From Bacillota bacterium (GTDB lineage: Bacteria > Bacillota > Clostridia > Saccharofermentanales > DTU023), in NCBI GenBank assembly GCA_023622515.1, contig JAMNZB010000065.1, forward strand, positions 8,875 through 72,874: a stretch of DNA of 64,000 nucleotides. Reading direction: 5' to 3'. Positions 18,615-26,154 of the stretch are shown here, one piece after another (positions within the stretch are counted from its first letter, which is position 1; each line of letters starts with the position of its first letter). The notes beneath the pieces were generated by a model, which saw nothing but the letters and a program-made list of their open reading frames with translations, was not told the DNA's origin and did not search any database. Made by a program: the position numbers and the translations under genes.

Positions 18615-19778
18615 ATGAGGAATAAACAAGAAAATTCTATCCACCGCAAGCTGACCATATTATTGCTATCAACGATTCTAATCTTAGTGTCGGCTATCGT
18701 AGCAGTTATTCTGTATAGAGCTTGGGCAGAAGACCCTTCTGCCGCTTTGGCGGGCAAACAAAATACCCTAAAGGCTTCTTCTGATGAAGATGATGATAAT
18801 ATGCAAAGCGGTGACCAAGATAAAAATGGAATTGTGAGTAATCCGGAAAGGATATCCGGCGAAAGTCTGCCTTCAGATACATCGGTTAAAACTGAATCGA
18901 GCGGGCTAGAGGAAAGCATGAAACATTCAGCTAGTAAGCCGTCAAGTCAAAGTCTTCCGGAAGATAGTAGTGGCGGAAAAGCAATTAAAGCGGATTGTGC
19001 TGATTTTTACTCTGAAGCCCTAGCCATTTTTGACCGGGAAGCTAACAGCTTTATTTTTCTTTGTAATGGTGAAGAGAGGCTTGTTCCGGCTAGCCTCATT
19101 AAGATTATGACGGTTCTTGTGGCTGTTGAAAAAGTCGATAATCTCGATGCCCTTGCCCCGGTCGATGTCGATATCTATTTAGAGATGATTGAAGCCAATG
19201 CCTCAATGGCCGGTTTTGTGGGTAAAGAACAGGTCAGCTTTCGGGATTTACTCTATGGCACGATGTTACCCTCCGGGGGAGAAGCGGCAGCCAGCCTGGC
19301 CCTCCATGTTGCGGGAAGCAGAGAGGCTTTTGTTGCTTTGATGAACCAAAAGGCGGCGGAGCTAAAGCTTAAAAACACTTCCTTTGCTAATGAATCCGGC
19401 CTTGATGTGCCGGGAAATTACAGTTCGGCGGAAGATATGGCCTTGCTGCTCGACTATGCCCTGGATAATCCGGTTTTTCGCGAGGTATTTACTGCCCCTG
19501 TATATATCAGCACAAATACGCTTGACCATCCTGAGGGGGTAACCATGTACTCAACCGTCCTAAATCTTATTGATACAAACCGGACACAGGCGGGGAACTA
19601 TCAAATTATTGGTGGGAAGTCGGGAACGGAGATTGCCGGTCAAAGCTGGGCCACTTTAGGGATTAAAGAGGGGCAAGAGTATATTGTTATTGCCTTGCAG
19701 GCCCCGCTGGGCAGCCTTGATTTGCCGAATAACTTCCATATCGAAGACAGCTACTCTTTGTTTGAGCTGATTTCATAA
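18615..19778 (+). CDS. D-alanyl-D-alanine carboxypeptidase (peptidase S11 family) with N-terminal membrane anchor and acidic/Ser-rich linker
   Basis: TM helix LTILLLSTILILVSAIVAVILY; SxxK (ASLIK), SGG and KSGT (KTG-like) motifs in the right order. Confidence 0.8.
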   Translation: MRNKQENSIHRKLTILLLSTILILVSAIVAVILYRAWAEDPSAALAGKQNTLKASSDEDDDNMQSGDQDKNGIVSNPERISGESLPSDTSVKTESSGLEESMKHSASKPSSQSLPEDSSGGKAIKADCADFYSEALAIFDREANSFIFLCNGEERLVPASLIKIMTVLVAVEKVDNLDALAPVDVDIYLEMIEANASMAGFVGKEQVSFRDLLYGTMLPSGGEAAASLALHVAGSREAFVALMNQKAAELKLKNTSFANESGLDVPGNYSSAEDMALLLDYALDNPVFREVFTAPVYISTNTLDHPEGVTMYSTVLNLIDTNRTQAGNYQIIGGKSGTEIAGQSWATLGIKEGQEYIVIALQAPLGSLDLPNNFHIEDSYSLFELIS

Positions 19779-19840
19779 AGAGTAGGTCCTTTTTAGGCTA
19801 GTTATACAGTGACGAAGTTGCTTAAACTGGCAAAAAGATA

Positions 19841-19871
19841 GGCAGAAGATGAATCAAATTCAACTTCTGCC
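19841..19871. terminator. Hairpin GGCAGAAG / CTTCTGCC (15-nt loop); best read on the - strand, where a T run follows it (likely the original tRNA-Ala terminator, now separated by the insertion)
   Basis: Inverted repeat 19841-19848 / 19864-19871; - strand continues TATCTTTTTG; lies next to the orphan tRNA 3' fragment. Confidence 0.6.
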
Positions 19872-19873
19872 TA

Positions 19874-19891
19874 TTTGGTGGAGAATAAGGG
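19874..19891. repeat. attL: TTTGGTGGAGAATAAGGG (orphan copy of tRNA-Ala positions 61-76 plus 2 nt)
   Basis: Exact 18/18 match to 24731-24748. Confidence 0.9.
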
Positions 19892-19993
19892 TTGTAAATT
19901 CGCCACTTAAAACAAAAACATTGAAAGCTTGAAACCTTTGATTTAAAAGGATTACAAGACTTTTAGCAAAGAGAGCTTTACATTAAAAAAGCA

Positions 19994-20032
19994 AAGTGTT
20001 TAGATTAAACCTAAACACTTTTCTAAACACTT
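19994..20032. repeat. Three copies of CTAAACACTT (one inverted at 19994-20003, two direct at 20011-20020 and 20023-20032); candidate integrase arm-type sites
   Basis: 26-bp block AAACCTAAACACTTTTCTAAACACTT (20007-20032) recurs exactly at 24633-24658, just after the int stop codon. Confidence 0.6.
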
Positions 20033-20132
20033 TTGAAAGCAATTTGCCCCCATAGACAAATCACTATCACCATAACAAGAAAATTTTTAATAATATTGTT
20101 CTTGCTGGCTTTTTCTTTAATGGTAACACAAT

Positions 20133-20328
20133 CCCGGAGGGAACTTACCTAAACTAGGCACAGAATGCTATCTAGATAACGTTTGTTTGCCTTGATGATA
20201 CCCCTCATGCACTTTTTAAAAGAATTGATTTTAGGCTTGTTTTTAAGCTGAATGTGGGGAAGTGGCTTTCTAAGGGTGAAACTTGCCCGGAGGGAACTTA
20301 CCGGAAGCGTATTCCCGGAGGGAACTTA
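20133..20328 (+). repeat. Three direct copies of CCCGGAGGGAACTTA(CC) at 20133, 20286 and 20314; iteron-like
   Basis: Read directly in an ORF-free stretch downstream of the rep/loader operon; core CCGGAGG recurs at 20625-20633, 22416-22434 and 22445-22453. Confidence 0.7.
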
Positions 20329-20390
20329 GAAAGAAAAAAGCTTCCTCGCTTCGTTCTCGTTTTTCGTTGCTCTGCCGTTGCTTAAGTATC

Positions 20391-20476
20391 ATTTTCTTTG
20401 TTCGCTATTTGTTTAAGCTATATTTTATTTTTACAGTTTAGCTGTAATGATGTCATTAAATTTTTACGCGCGCGCG
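20391..20476. other. AT-rich stretch ending in (CG)5 alternating tract; candidate DNA-unwinding region of the element origin
   Basis: ~75 nt very AT-rich (…TTTGTTTAAGCTATATTTTATTTTTACAG…AAATTTTTA) followed by CGCGCGCGCG at 20467-20476; next to the iterons. Confidence 0.4.
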
Positions 20477-20560
20477 TGGGTGTTTGCTTTGTCGTGTACC
20501 CCCTCCGACAGTCGCCCCCTAAAACTTTTGCGCTTTTTTTACCCTGTACCCTTAATTAGA

Positions 20561-20586
20561 AAAGCCCTCTGATAAGGGCTTTTAAA
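20561..20586 (-). terminator. Terminator of the leftward cro-xis-rep-loader transcription unit
   Basis: AAAGCCCT / AGGGCTTT stem (20561-20568 / 20575-20582); on the - strand it is followed by TTTTC. Confidence 0.65.
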
Positions 20587-20649
20587 CAAGGCTATGGCGT
20601 TAGATTGTTTTAGTTAGGTATTATGCCTCCGGGTTGCCTCTCGGCTTTC

Positions 20650-21210
20650 TTATGGTTTTTCTAGTACAAGGATTTCTTTTTCCTCTTGTTCATCATCAAT
20701 AAATACTTGTTTATCATATTTTTCTAGTAACTTTTGAATCGCTTTAGGCCTTTGTAATTTTAGCTTTTCTTCTTTGGTAAACTCATTGAATGCGTCTCGA
20801 AATTGCGCAAATTTTATAGAGTTTTCGCTTTCTTGCATGACGCAATATTCACGATAACCAAAATCATTAACAACTCTTTTTACTTCTATTGGTAGTGCCT
20901 TTAATCCTTCGTCTTGTCTGTATAGGCCATATGTTTTAATATTAGCCATAAGAATACCCCACCCTTCGTTTGCCGTCATTTGTTTTCCTCTGTGTAGGTC
21001 AACAACTCTAGAACGTATATCGGCAATTGTAGGGGGGTATTTTTCTGTTGCAAGCCACTCAACTAATGTAATGTAAACCGCTTTATACTCTAAATCTTTT
21101 AAAGTTGTGTGCCATATTGTTATAAGTTCTTTGCTAGGTCTTTGAACGAAGTTTTTTGAATAACTTTCTCCGATAATTGCTAATAGAACTTGTGTCTCTT
21201 GTTTTGTCAT
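20650..21210 (-). CDS. Replicative-helicase loader/inhibitor-like protein (SPP1 G39P-like N-terminal domain)
   Basis: 186 aa; LLAIIGESYSKNF...W...LKDLEYKAVYITLVEWLATEKYPPTIADIR matches my recollection of the G39P family pattern (...Y..F...W...L.D..Y......KFPPTIAEI); overlaps the rep stop by 4 nt. Confidence 0.55.
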   Translation of the reverse strand: MTKQETQVLLAIIGESYSKNFVQRPSKELITIWHTTLKDLEYKAVYITLVEWLATEKYPPTIADIRSRVVDLHRGKQMTANEGWGILMANIKTYGLYRQDEGLKALPIEVKRVVNDFGYREYCVMQESENSIKFAQFRDAFNEFTKEEKLKLQRPKAIQKLLEKYDKQVFIDDEQEEKEILVLEKP

Positions 21211-22034
21211 ATTTCTATCTCCATAATTTCTTCAAAGTATGATTTTTCTTTTTTGCTCTCTTTTTCTTTAGGTTTGATGATTACTTGATTAAGATATTTT
21301 TCAAAATTACTAGGTCTAAATAAAGTTGTTGGGTTTAAATGTTTTTCAAAATCTGTACCAATCCATTCGTTAGCCTTCTTGTCTATAACTGTTCTAAAAT
21401 CTTCAATGGTATGGCCTTCATTTAAACGGCCATTTATATTCTTTCTTGTTTCCTTGGTTGTTGGCTTATAATTTGTACCGCAACGCTCGTTTAAGTAGTC
21501 AATTATCTCTTTATATGGTTGTTCATCAGGGAAACTCCTTTCTTTATCTATAGTATTAACTGTGTTATTAGAAATTGTAGTATTAGACTGTATTATTCCC
21601 TTATGCATATCTGCTATGGGGGGTATGTCATATCTGCTATGGGGGGTCATGTCACATATGCTATGGGGGTCATTGCATATATGAGAGGGAGGCATGTCAT
21701 ATCTGCTATGGGTCATGTCACATATGCTATGGGGGTCTGTTTCTTGATTAGTAACATAAATTCTCCTTTCGACAACTACATTATTTTCATTTTTTATGCT
21801 ATCCCTTTTTATGTAACCGGCTTTTTCAAGCTTGGATAGCCTTCTGTTTATTGTGCTTATGCTTTTACTGAACTTATTGGCAAAATACCTATTACTTGCA
21901 TAGCAAAAACCTTTCAGCTGCGATAGGGCTATAATCTCTGCGTAAACTAGCTTTGTACCATCATCAATAGAATCATCAGTTAAAATATCACTGTTGATAT
22001 TTAGATAGTGCTTTTTTGCCTTTTCTTTACTCAT
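21207..22034 (-). CDS. Phage-type replication initiator: N-terminal winged-HTH + C-terminal conserved phage domain (TIGR02220 / DnaD-like)
   Basis: C-terminus EIIDYLNERCGTNYKPTTKETRKNINGRLNEGHTIEDFRTVIDKKANEW...HLNPTTLFRPSNFEKYLNQ fits the phage conserved C-terminal domain; central peptide repeats come from DNA tandem repeats. Confidence 0.7.
   Translation of the reverse strand: MSKEKAKKHYLNINSDILTDDSIDDGTKLVYAEIIALSQLKGFCYASNRYFANKFSKSISTINRRLSKLEKAGYIKRDSIKNENNVVVERRIYVTNQETDPHSICDMTHSRYDMPPSHICNDPHSICDMTPHSRYDIPPIADMHKGIIQSNTTISNNTVNTIDKERSFPDEQPYKEIIDYLNERCGTNYKPTTKETRKNINGRLNEGHTIEDFRTVIDKKANEWIGTDFEKHLNPTTLFRPSNFEKYLNQVIIKPKEKESKKEKSYFEEIMEIEI
21606..21740. repeat. Six imperfect tandem units (~21-26 bp, CATAT(CT)GCTATGGGGG(G)TCATGT..) inside the initiator gene
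   Basis: Read directly; encodes repeated DPHSICDMT/HSRYDMPP peptides; core CTATGGGGG also found at 22079-22088, 23427-23440 and inverted at 20044-20057. Confidence 0.85.
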
Positions 22035-22114
22035 GTTGTTTGCCGTTCTTCCTTAACTGCCTTCTTGTTATTGCTCGCCTATGGGGGCTTTATTTCTTTT
22101 TGCGGTCAATAGGT

Positions 22115-22381
22115 CTATAACTGGTGTCTTTCAATGAATTCGTGTAATTCTGATTTCTTTATGTACCGTTTGTTGCCAATCTGATAGACATTAAGGCCAT
22201 ACTCTAGCCATTTTGTTAAAGTGGCCTTGCTGGCGTTTATATAATCGGCCGCTTCCTCAAAGGTCAAAAACTCTTTTGTAATCGCTGAATCTCTCCTTGC
22301 TTGTTCTAAGGCTTCTATATATACGCCTTTTACCGTGTCATGTAATTCTGTTAGTAATGCCTCTGAAAAGATTGCTTTCAT
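22115..22381 (-). CDS. Excisionase-family / MerR-like HTH DNA-binding protein
   Basis: 88 aa; C-terminal LTFEEAADYINASKATLTKWLEYGLNVYQIGNKRYIKKSELHEFI matches the excisionase-type HTH_17 pattern. Confidence 0.65.
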   Translation of the reverse strand: MKAIFSEALLTELHDTVKGVYIEALEQARRDSAITKEFLTFEEAADYINASKATLTKWLEYGLNVYQIGNKRYIKKSELHEFIERHQL

Positions 22382-22415
22382 TTAATCCCCCTTTCTTACG
22401 CTCTCGGCTAGGCTT

Positions 22416-22434
22416 CCCGGAGGTTGCCTCCGGG
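22416..22434. promoter_or_regulatory. Perfect palindrome CCCGGAGG-TTG-CCTCCGGG between the cro-like and xis-like genes (RNA hairpin or protein-binding site)
   Basis: 8-bp arms read directly; another CCCTCCGGG half-site at 22445-22453. Confidence 0.6.
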
Positions 22435-22457
22435 TGTTATAGCTCCCTCCGGGTACT

Positions 22458-22652
22458 CTAGTCTTTTATCAATTCTTCGGGTGCTACATTCAAGGCGTTA
22501 GCTATCTTTTTCAGGCTTCTAGGGTGGCATGAGCCTTTCGCTAGAATGCCGCTATAACCTTGACGGCTTAGCCCTGCCCTTTTAGCAAATTGTTCTTGCG
22601 TTTCTCCGGTATCAACTTGAAGTATTTTGATTTTATCTGTGTTTAGTTTCAT
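22458..22652 (-). CDS. Cro-like XRE-family HTH protein
   Basis: 64 aa; ...ETQEQFAKRAGLSRQGYSGILAKG... HTH; divergent from the cI-like gene. Confidence 0.75.
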   Translation of the reverse strand: MKLNTDKIKILQVDTGETQEQFAKRAGLSRQGYSGILAKGSCHPRSLKKIANALNVAPEELIKD

Positions 22653-22695
22653 TCCGCTTGCTCCTTTCGTTAAAGTAAAAAATAAAGCTAATCAT

Positions 22696-22724
22696 ATCTT
22701 AACTTTCTTATTTAGAAATGTCAA
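22696..22724 (-). promoter_or_regulatory. Leftward promoter of the switch (-35 TTGACA, 17 nt, -10 TAAGAT on the - strand)
   Basis: Reverse complement of 22719-22724 = TTGACA and of 22696-22701 = TAAGAT; small inverted repeat TTTCT-N5-AGAAA in the spacer. Confidence 0.55.
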
Positions 22725-22752
22725 GTAAAAACTTGCGCACACTAGGAAACTC

Positions 22753-22771
22753 TTAACATTTTATGTTAGAA
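22753..22771 (+). promoter_or_regulatory. Rightward extended -10 promoter (TGTTAGAAT) overlapped by palindrome TAACAT-TTT-ATGTTA (candidate operator)
   Basis: TAACAT 22753-22758 / ATGTTA 22762-22767; TGT+TAGAAT 22763-22771; 31 nt upstream of the cI-like ATG. Confidence 0.5.
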
Positions 22772-22802
22772 TAAAGCTAGTTCAATAAAGAGGTACTTTA
22801 CT

Positions 22803-23405
22803 ATGTTTGAAACCAAGCTAAGAGAATCTAGGGAAAAAATGAATTTAAGCCAACAAGAAATGGCTGATATTCTTGAAATTAGCGTGTCTACATATAACAA
22901 GTTTGAAAATGGCAGACAATTACCAAGAATTGATGTATTTAAGAGAATATGTACCGCCCTTAAGGTGTCTAGTGATTGGCTACTAGGCATAGGAAGTAAA
23001 TCAGGGAGCAACGTTCAATTAGATTCAACATCAGATATCTTACGCCTTATTTTTGCTCTTGATGATAATGATTATTTTGTTGAACCGTTTCAAGTTTACT
23101 CTGAATTTAATGACTATTATTCCGGAATTGTGATTTTACTTCATGATACTTTTCAAAGTTGGTTAGTTAAAGATGGTTTTTACCATGTAGATGAAAATAC
23201 TCATAATTCATTAGCAAGTAAATTGATGAGATACCGACAACTAAAAACGGCCGTATTTGAAGAAGAATTCCACGGTGATTTCGGTCAAGAAGTTATTTCT
23301 TCATGGCAAAGCAAAGTTCTAGAGGATAATTCTATTAACGTTAACCGCTTTGATGAGAAAATGGGAATAAAAATACTAGCTTATTTTAACGAAAAAACTT
23401 TATAA
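22803..23405 (+). CDS. cI/Stl-like repressor: N-terminal XRE HTH + ~130-aa C-terminal domain of unknown type
   Basis: MNLSQQEMADILEISVSTYNKFENGRQLPRIDVFKRICTALKVSSDWLLG HTH_3 pattern; divergent to the cro-like gene; no S24 peptidase Ser/Lys motif recognised. Confidence 0.7.
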   Translation: MFETKLRESREKMNLSQQEMADILEISVSTYNKFENGRQLPRIDVFKRICTALKVSSDWLLGIGSKSGSNVQLDSTSDILRLIFALDDNDYFVEPFQVYSEFNDYYSGIVILLHDTFQSWLVKDGFYHVDENTHNSLASKLMRYRQLKTAVFEEEFHGDFGQEVISSWQSKVLEDNSINVNRFDEKMGIKILAYFNEKTL

Positions 23406-23458
23406 AATACGCCAATCCTTTTTATCGTCTATGGGGGCAATAGAGAGGATTACAAACA

Positions 23459-24631
23459 ATGGCACAATATAAACAGTACACAAACAAACAAGGCACGTTT
23501 TGGCGTGTCGCTGGTTATCTAGGAACGGACAAGGTAACCGGGAAGCAAGTAAACATTAACAAGAGGGGGTTCACTTCTAAGAGGTCAGCGCAATTATATT
23601 TTGAGCGTGAACGATTGAAATTTGCTGATAGTGATTATAGGACAAGCACTAATGAGGCAAAGAATCCGCTCTTTAGTGAGGTTTACAATGATTGGCTAGA
23701 GCAATACAAGAACACGGTTAAAGAATCAACTTTTGTAAAAACAAAACAACTCTTTGACAATCATATTTGCAAAGCCTTTGGCAACTTGAAAATTAAAAAC
23801 ATATCTAGTAGCTATCTACAAAAACAGGTTAACAAGTGGCATAAACAATTCGCTCAATATCGCAAGGTATATAACTACACTTGTAAAATTTTAGATTTTG
23901 CTATGTTGCATGGCTACATCAAGGACAATCCTAAGAATAGAATAGTCATACCGACAAATAAGCTGGACTATAACAACAAGAAAAAGAAGAAAGGCAGAAA
24001 AGAGTTCTACTCAAAAGGCGAACTAAAAGAATTTTTGGAAGCGGTCAAAAAGGATTGCCCTTTTATGTGGTATACATTCTTTAGGCTAATAGCCTTTACA
24101 GGCCTTAGAAAAGGGGAAATGCTCGCCCTTACATGGAATGATATCAACTTTAAAGACAAGTGCCTTACGGTCAACAAATCGCTTGCTACAGGCGAAAATA
24201 ATGAGCTTATTATTCAAAGCCCTAAGACTGAAAGTAGTATCCGGACTATATCGCTTGATAAAGGAACGCTAAGTACACTTAAGCAATGGAAAAGAGAACA
24301 AGCAGAATTATTACTTGCTTTTGGCTTTAATGCTTTAAGGAATAATCAGCTGATATTCTCCAAGCCCCATAATAATGAGGTTTTCTATCTGAACAAGCCT
24401 AGAAGCGTTTTAGTTAAGGTATGTGATGATAATAATTTGCCTAGAATCCATATACACGGCTTCCGGCATACTCATTGTTCATTGCTCTTTGAAGCTGGCG
24501 TACCGGTTAAAGATGTTCAAGAACGCTTAGGCCATTCAGACATTCAAACGACAATGAACATTTATACCCACGTATCACAAGATAGCAAAGATAGGTCAGC
24601 AGAACTCTTTCAGGCATACATCAATTTCTAG
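23459..24631 (+). CDS. int: Tyrosine site-specific integrase
   Basis: 390 aa; SAM-like N-domain; catalytic region ...TGLRKGEMLAL..., HGFRHTHCSLLFEAG, LGHSDIQTTMNIYTHV (R..HxxR..Y); adjacent to a tRNA gene. Confidence 0.9.
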   Translation: MAQYKQYTNKQGTFWRVAGYLGTDKVTGKQVNINKRGFTSKRSAQLYFERERLKFADSDYRTSTNEAKNPLFSEVYNDWLEQYKNTVKESTFVKTKQLFDNHICKAFGNLKIKNISSSYLQKQVNKWHKQFAQYRKVYNYTCKILDFAMLHGYIKDNPKNRIVIPTNKLDYNNKKKKKGRKEFYSKGELKEFLEAVKKDCPFMWYTFFRLIAFTGLRKGEMLALTWNDINFKDKCLTVNKSLATGENNELIIQSPKTESSIRTISLDKGTLSTLKQWKREQAELLLAFGFNALRNNQLIFSKPHNNEVFYLNKPRSVLVKVCDDNNLPRIHIHGFRHTHCSLLFEAGVPVKDVQERLGHSDIQTTMNIYTHVSQDSKDRSAELFQAYINF

Positions 24632-24636
24632 GAAAC

Positions 24637-24658
24637 CTAAACACTTTTCTAAACACTT
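24637..24658 (+). repeat. Two direct CTAAACACTT copies (24637-24646, 24649-24658) next to attR; candidate arm-type sites
   Basis: Exact match to the block at 20007-20032. Confidence 0.6.
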
Positions 24659-24732
24659 ACCCATAAGGACAAAAAGCAAAAAGCTTGAAACGCTGGCGTA
24701 TCAGCACTTTCAAGCTCTTCACTATATCGGTT

Positions 24733-24808
<76 letters not shown>

Positions 24809-24844
24809 GAATTTTTTCCCTAAGGAATTTTTTAGAACAATTGC

Positions 24845-24873
24845 ATTCTACCTATCAATTTTGAATATGTCAA
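24845..24873 (-). promoter_or_regulatory. Promoter of tRNA-Ala (-35 TTGACA, 17 nt, -10 TAGAAT on the - strand)
   Basis: Reverse complement of 24868-24873 = TTGACA and of 24845-24850 = TAGAAT; ~35 nt upstream of the tRNA 5' end. Confidence 0.6.
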
Positions 24874-24972
24874 ATCTAATTAAATATTAAAGCAACAAAA
24901 TTTAAATGAAAAACTGAGAATATCCTAGCAATTCGCACTAATGCGAGTTATTAGGTATTGAAATACGATATC

Positions 24973-25560
24973 TTACAGCACAAGAATATCTAAATGTTCC
25001 AGTAATATCTTAAAGCCAATCAAAATTAGAATGCTTCCGCCTATTAGCTCAGCATGTTGTTTATATTTTTGGCCAAAGTGATTGCCAATGTAAAGTCCCA
25101 GGGCAGACATGCAAAATGTGACTAAAGCGATGGTAACGCTGGCAAGACCAATTTGAATATTAGCTAAGAGGGCAAAGGTTATGCCGACAGCAAGGGCATC
25201 AATACTTGTAGCAACGGCCATAGGGAGCATTTGAGCAGGCGAAAATTCAAGTAGATTTTCTTCACTGCTGCAGCAATCCTCATCTTCTTTTTGAAAAGAT
25301 TCGCGAATCATATTTAGCCCGATGAGAGCTAATAATATAAAGGCAATCCAATGGTCATACTTTGTAATAGTTTCGTGAAATTGGCTAGCTAGAAGATAGC
25401 CAAAAAGGGGCATGATTCCTTGAAAGATGCCAAACCAAAGGCCGACCACAAGATAGTGCTTGCCTTTAAGTGTGTTGGTACATAAGCCTTTGCAGATAGC
25501 TACGGCAGCGGCATCCATACTGAGCCCGAAGGCAATGAGCAAAATTTCTAAAAAACTCAT
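24973..25560 (-). CDS. mntP: Manganese efflux pump MntP
   Basis: 195 aa, 6 TM; ...AFGLSMDAAAVAICKG... and second-half repeat ...ATSIDALAVGITFA... typical of MntP/YebN. Confidence 0.85.
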   Translation of the reverse strand: MSFLEILLIAFGLSMDAAAVAICKGLCTNTLKGKHYLVVGLWFGIFQGIMPLFGYLLASQFHETITKYDHWIAFILLALIGLNMIRESFQKEDEDCCSSEENLLEFSPAQMLPMAVATSIDALAVGITFALLANIQIGLASVTIALVTFCMSALGLYIGNHFGQKYKQHAELIGGSILILIGFKILLEHLDILVL

Positions 25561-25635
25561 TATATTTCCTTATCCTTCTACATTCTCTCCAATTAAGCAT
25601 TATAGCCTATCTGAAAAGAAAAATGAGAGAAAGCT

Positions 25636-25644
25636 TGTTATAAT
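25636..25644 (+). promoter_or_regulatory. Extended -10 promoter element TGTTATAAT upstream of dtd
   Basis: Read directly, 31 nt upstream of the dtd ATG. Confidence 0.45.
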
Positions 25645-25674
25645 ACGGAGGTAAAATGAAAGGCGAGGTGAAGA

Positions 25675-26118
25675 ATGAAAGCTTTAGTGCAGCGTGTTTC
25701 CAGTGCAAGTGTTTCTTATGAAGAGGAAAAGCATGATATGGGTAAAGGCTTTGTTATCCTCCTGGGTGTGGGTGAAAGCGACAGTGAGGCAGAGGCCGAG
25801 AAGTTGTGGAAGAAAATATCGAAATTAAGAATTTTTCCTGACGAAAATGGCAAAACCAATCTTTCCCTTGACCAAGTGGGGGGTAACGTGATGGTTGTCT
25901 CACAATTTACCCTCCTGGCTAATTGTAAGAAGGGAAATAGGCCTTCTTTTATTGAAGCCGCCGGTCCGGAGAAAGGGGAGGCCCTATACGAGTATTTTAA
26001 GCAACTGGTCAGCATTGAATATCCTGACTTTGTTTGTGGCAAATTTGGTGCGGTTATGGATGTTGCCCTGATTAATGAAGGCCCCTTTACGATTTGGCTT
26101 GATACAGACGACCTATAA
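25675..26118 (+). CDS. dtd: D-aminoacyl-tRNA deacylase
   Basis: 147 aa; MKALVQRVSSASV..., SQFTLLAN..., ...NEGPFTIWLDT motifs. Confidence 0.92.
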   Translation: MKALVQRVSSASVSYEEEKHDMGKGFVILLGVGESDSEAEAEKLWKKISKLRIFPDENGKTNLSLDQVGGNVMVVSQFTLLANCKKGNRPSFIEAAGPEKGEALYEYFKQLVSIEYPDFVCGKFGAVMDVALINEGPFTIWLDTDDL

Positions 26119-26154
26119 TCTCTTCAAGGTTTTTTTGCTGTTTTTAAACGAAAA

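Noticed and set aside
18293-18919. 208-aa ORF on the - strand spanning the pheT end and the carboxypeptidase start
   Set aside because: It lies antisense to two well-supported genes, has a Ser/Leu-rich low-complexity composition, and has no RBS or motif. It is a typical shadow ORF. The same reasoning applies to other antisense or alternate-frame ORFs in the track, e.g. 685-894, 3689-4099, 12537-12944, 14966-15334, 16322-16663, 29614-30003, 37976-38413, 39309-39668, 57648-58121.
21519-21839. 106-aa + strand ORF inside the element's initiator gene
   Set aside because: It is generated by the tandem DNA repeats read on the opposite strand (repetitive MG/HV/YAM peptides). The - strand frame carries recognisable N- and C-terminal domains, so the + strand ORF is an artefact.
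25561-25674. Expected a yybP-ykoY manganese riboswitch upstream of mntP
   Set aside because: Only ~114 nt separate mntP from divergent dtd. The - strand reads a plausible TATAAT promoter and then a ~35-nt leader to the RBS. None of the conserved riboswitch segments I remember is present, and the space is too short.
25656-25721. 21-codon upstream ORF (MKGEVKNESFSAACFQCKCFL) with a GGAGG RBS overlapping the dtd start out of frame
   Set aside because: The predicted TSS from the TGTTATAAT element falls within or after that RBS. The dtd N-terminus (MKALVQRV...) matches orthologs from ATG 25675. There is no evidence that the uORF is translated.
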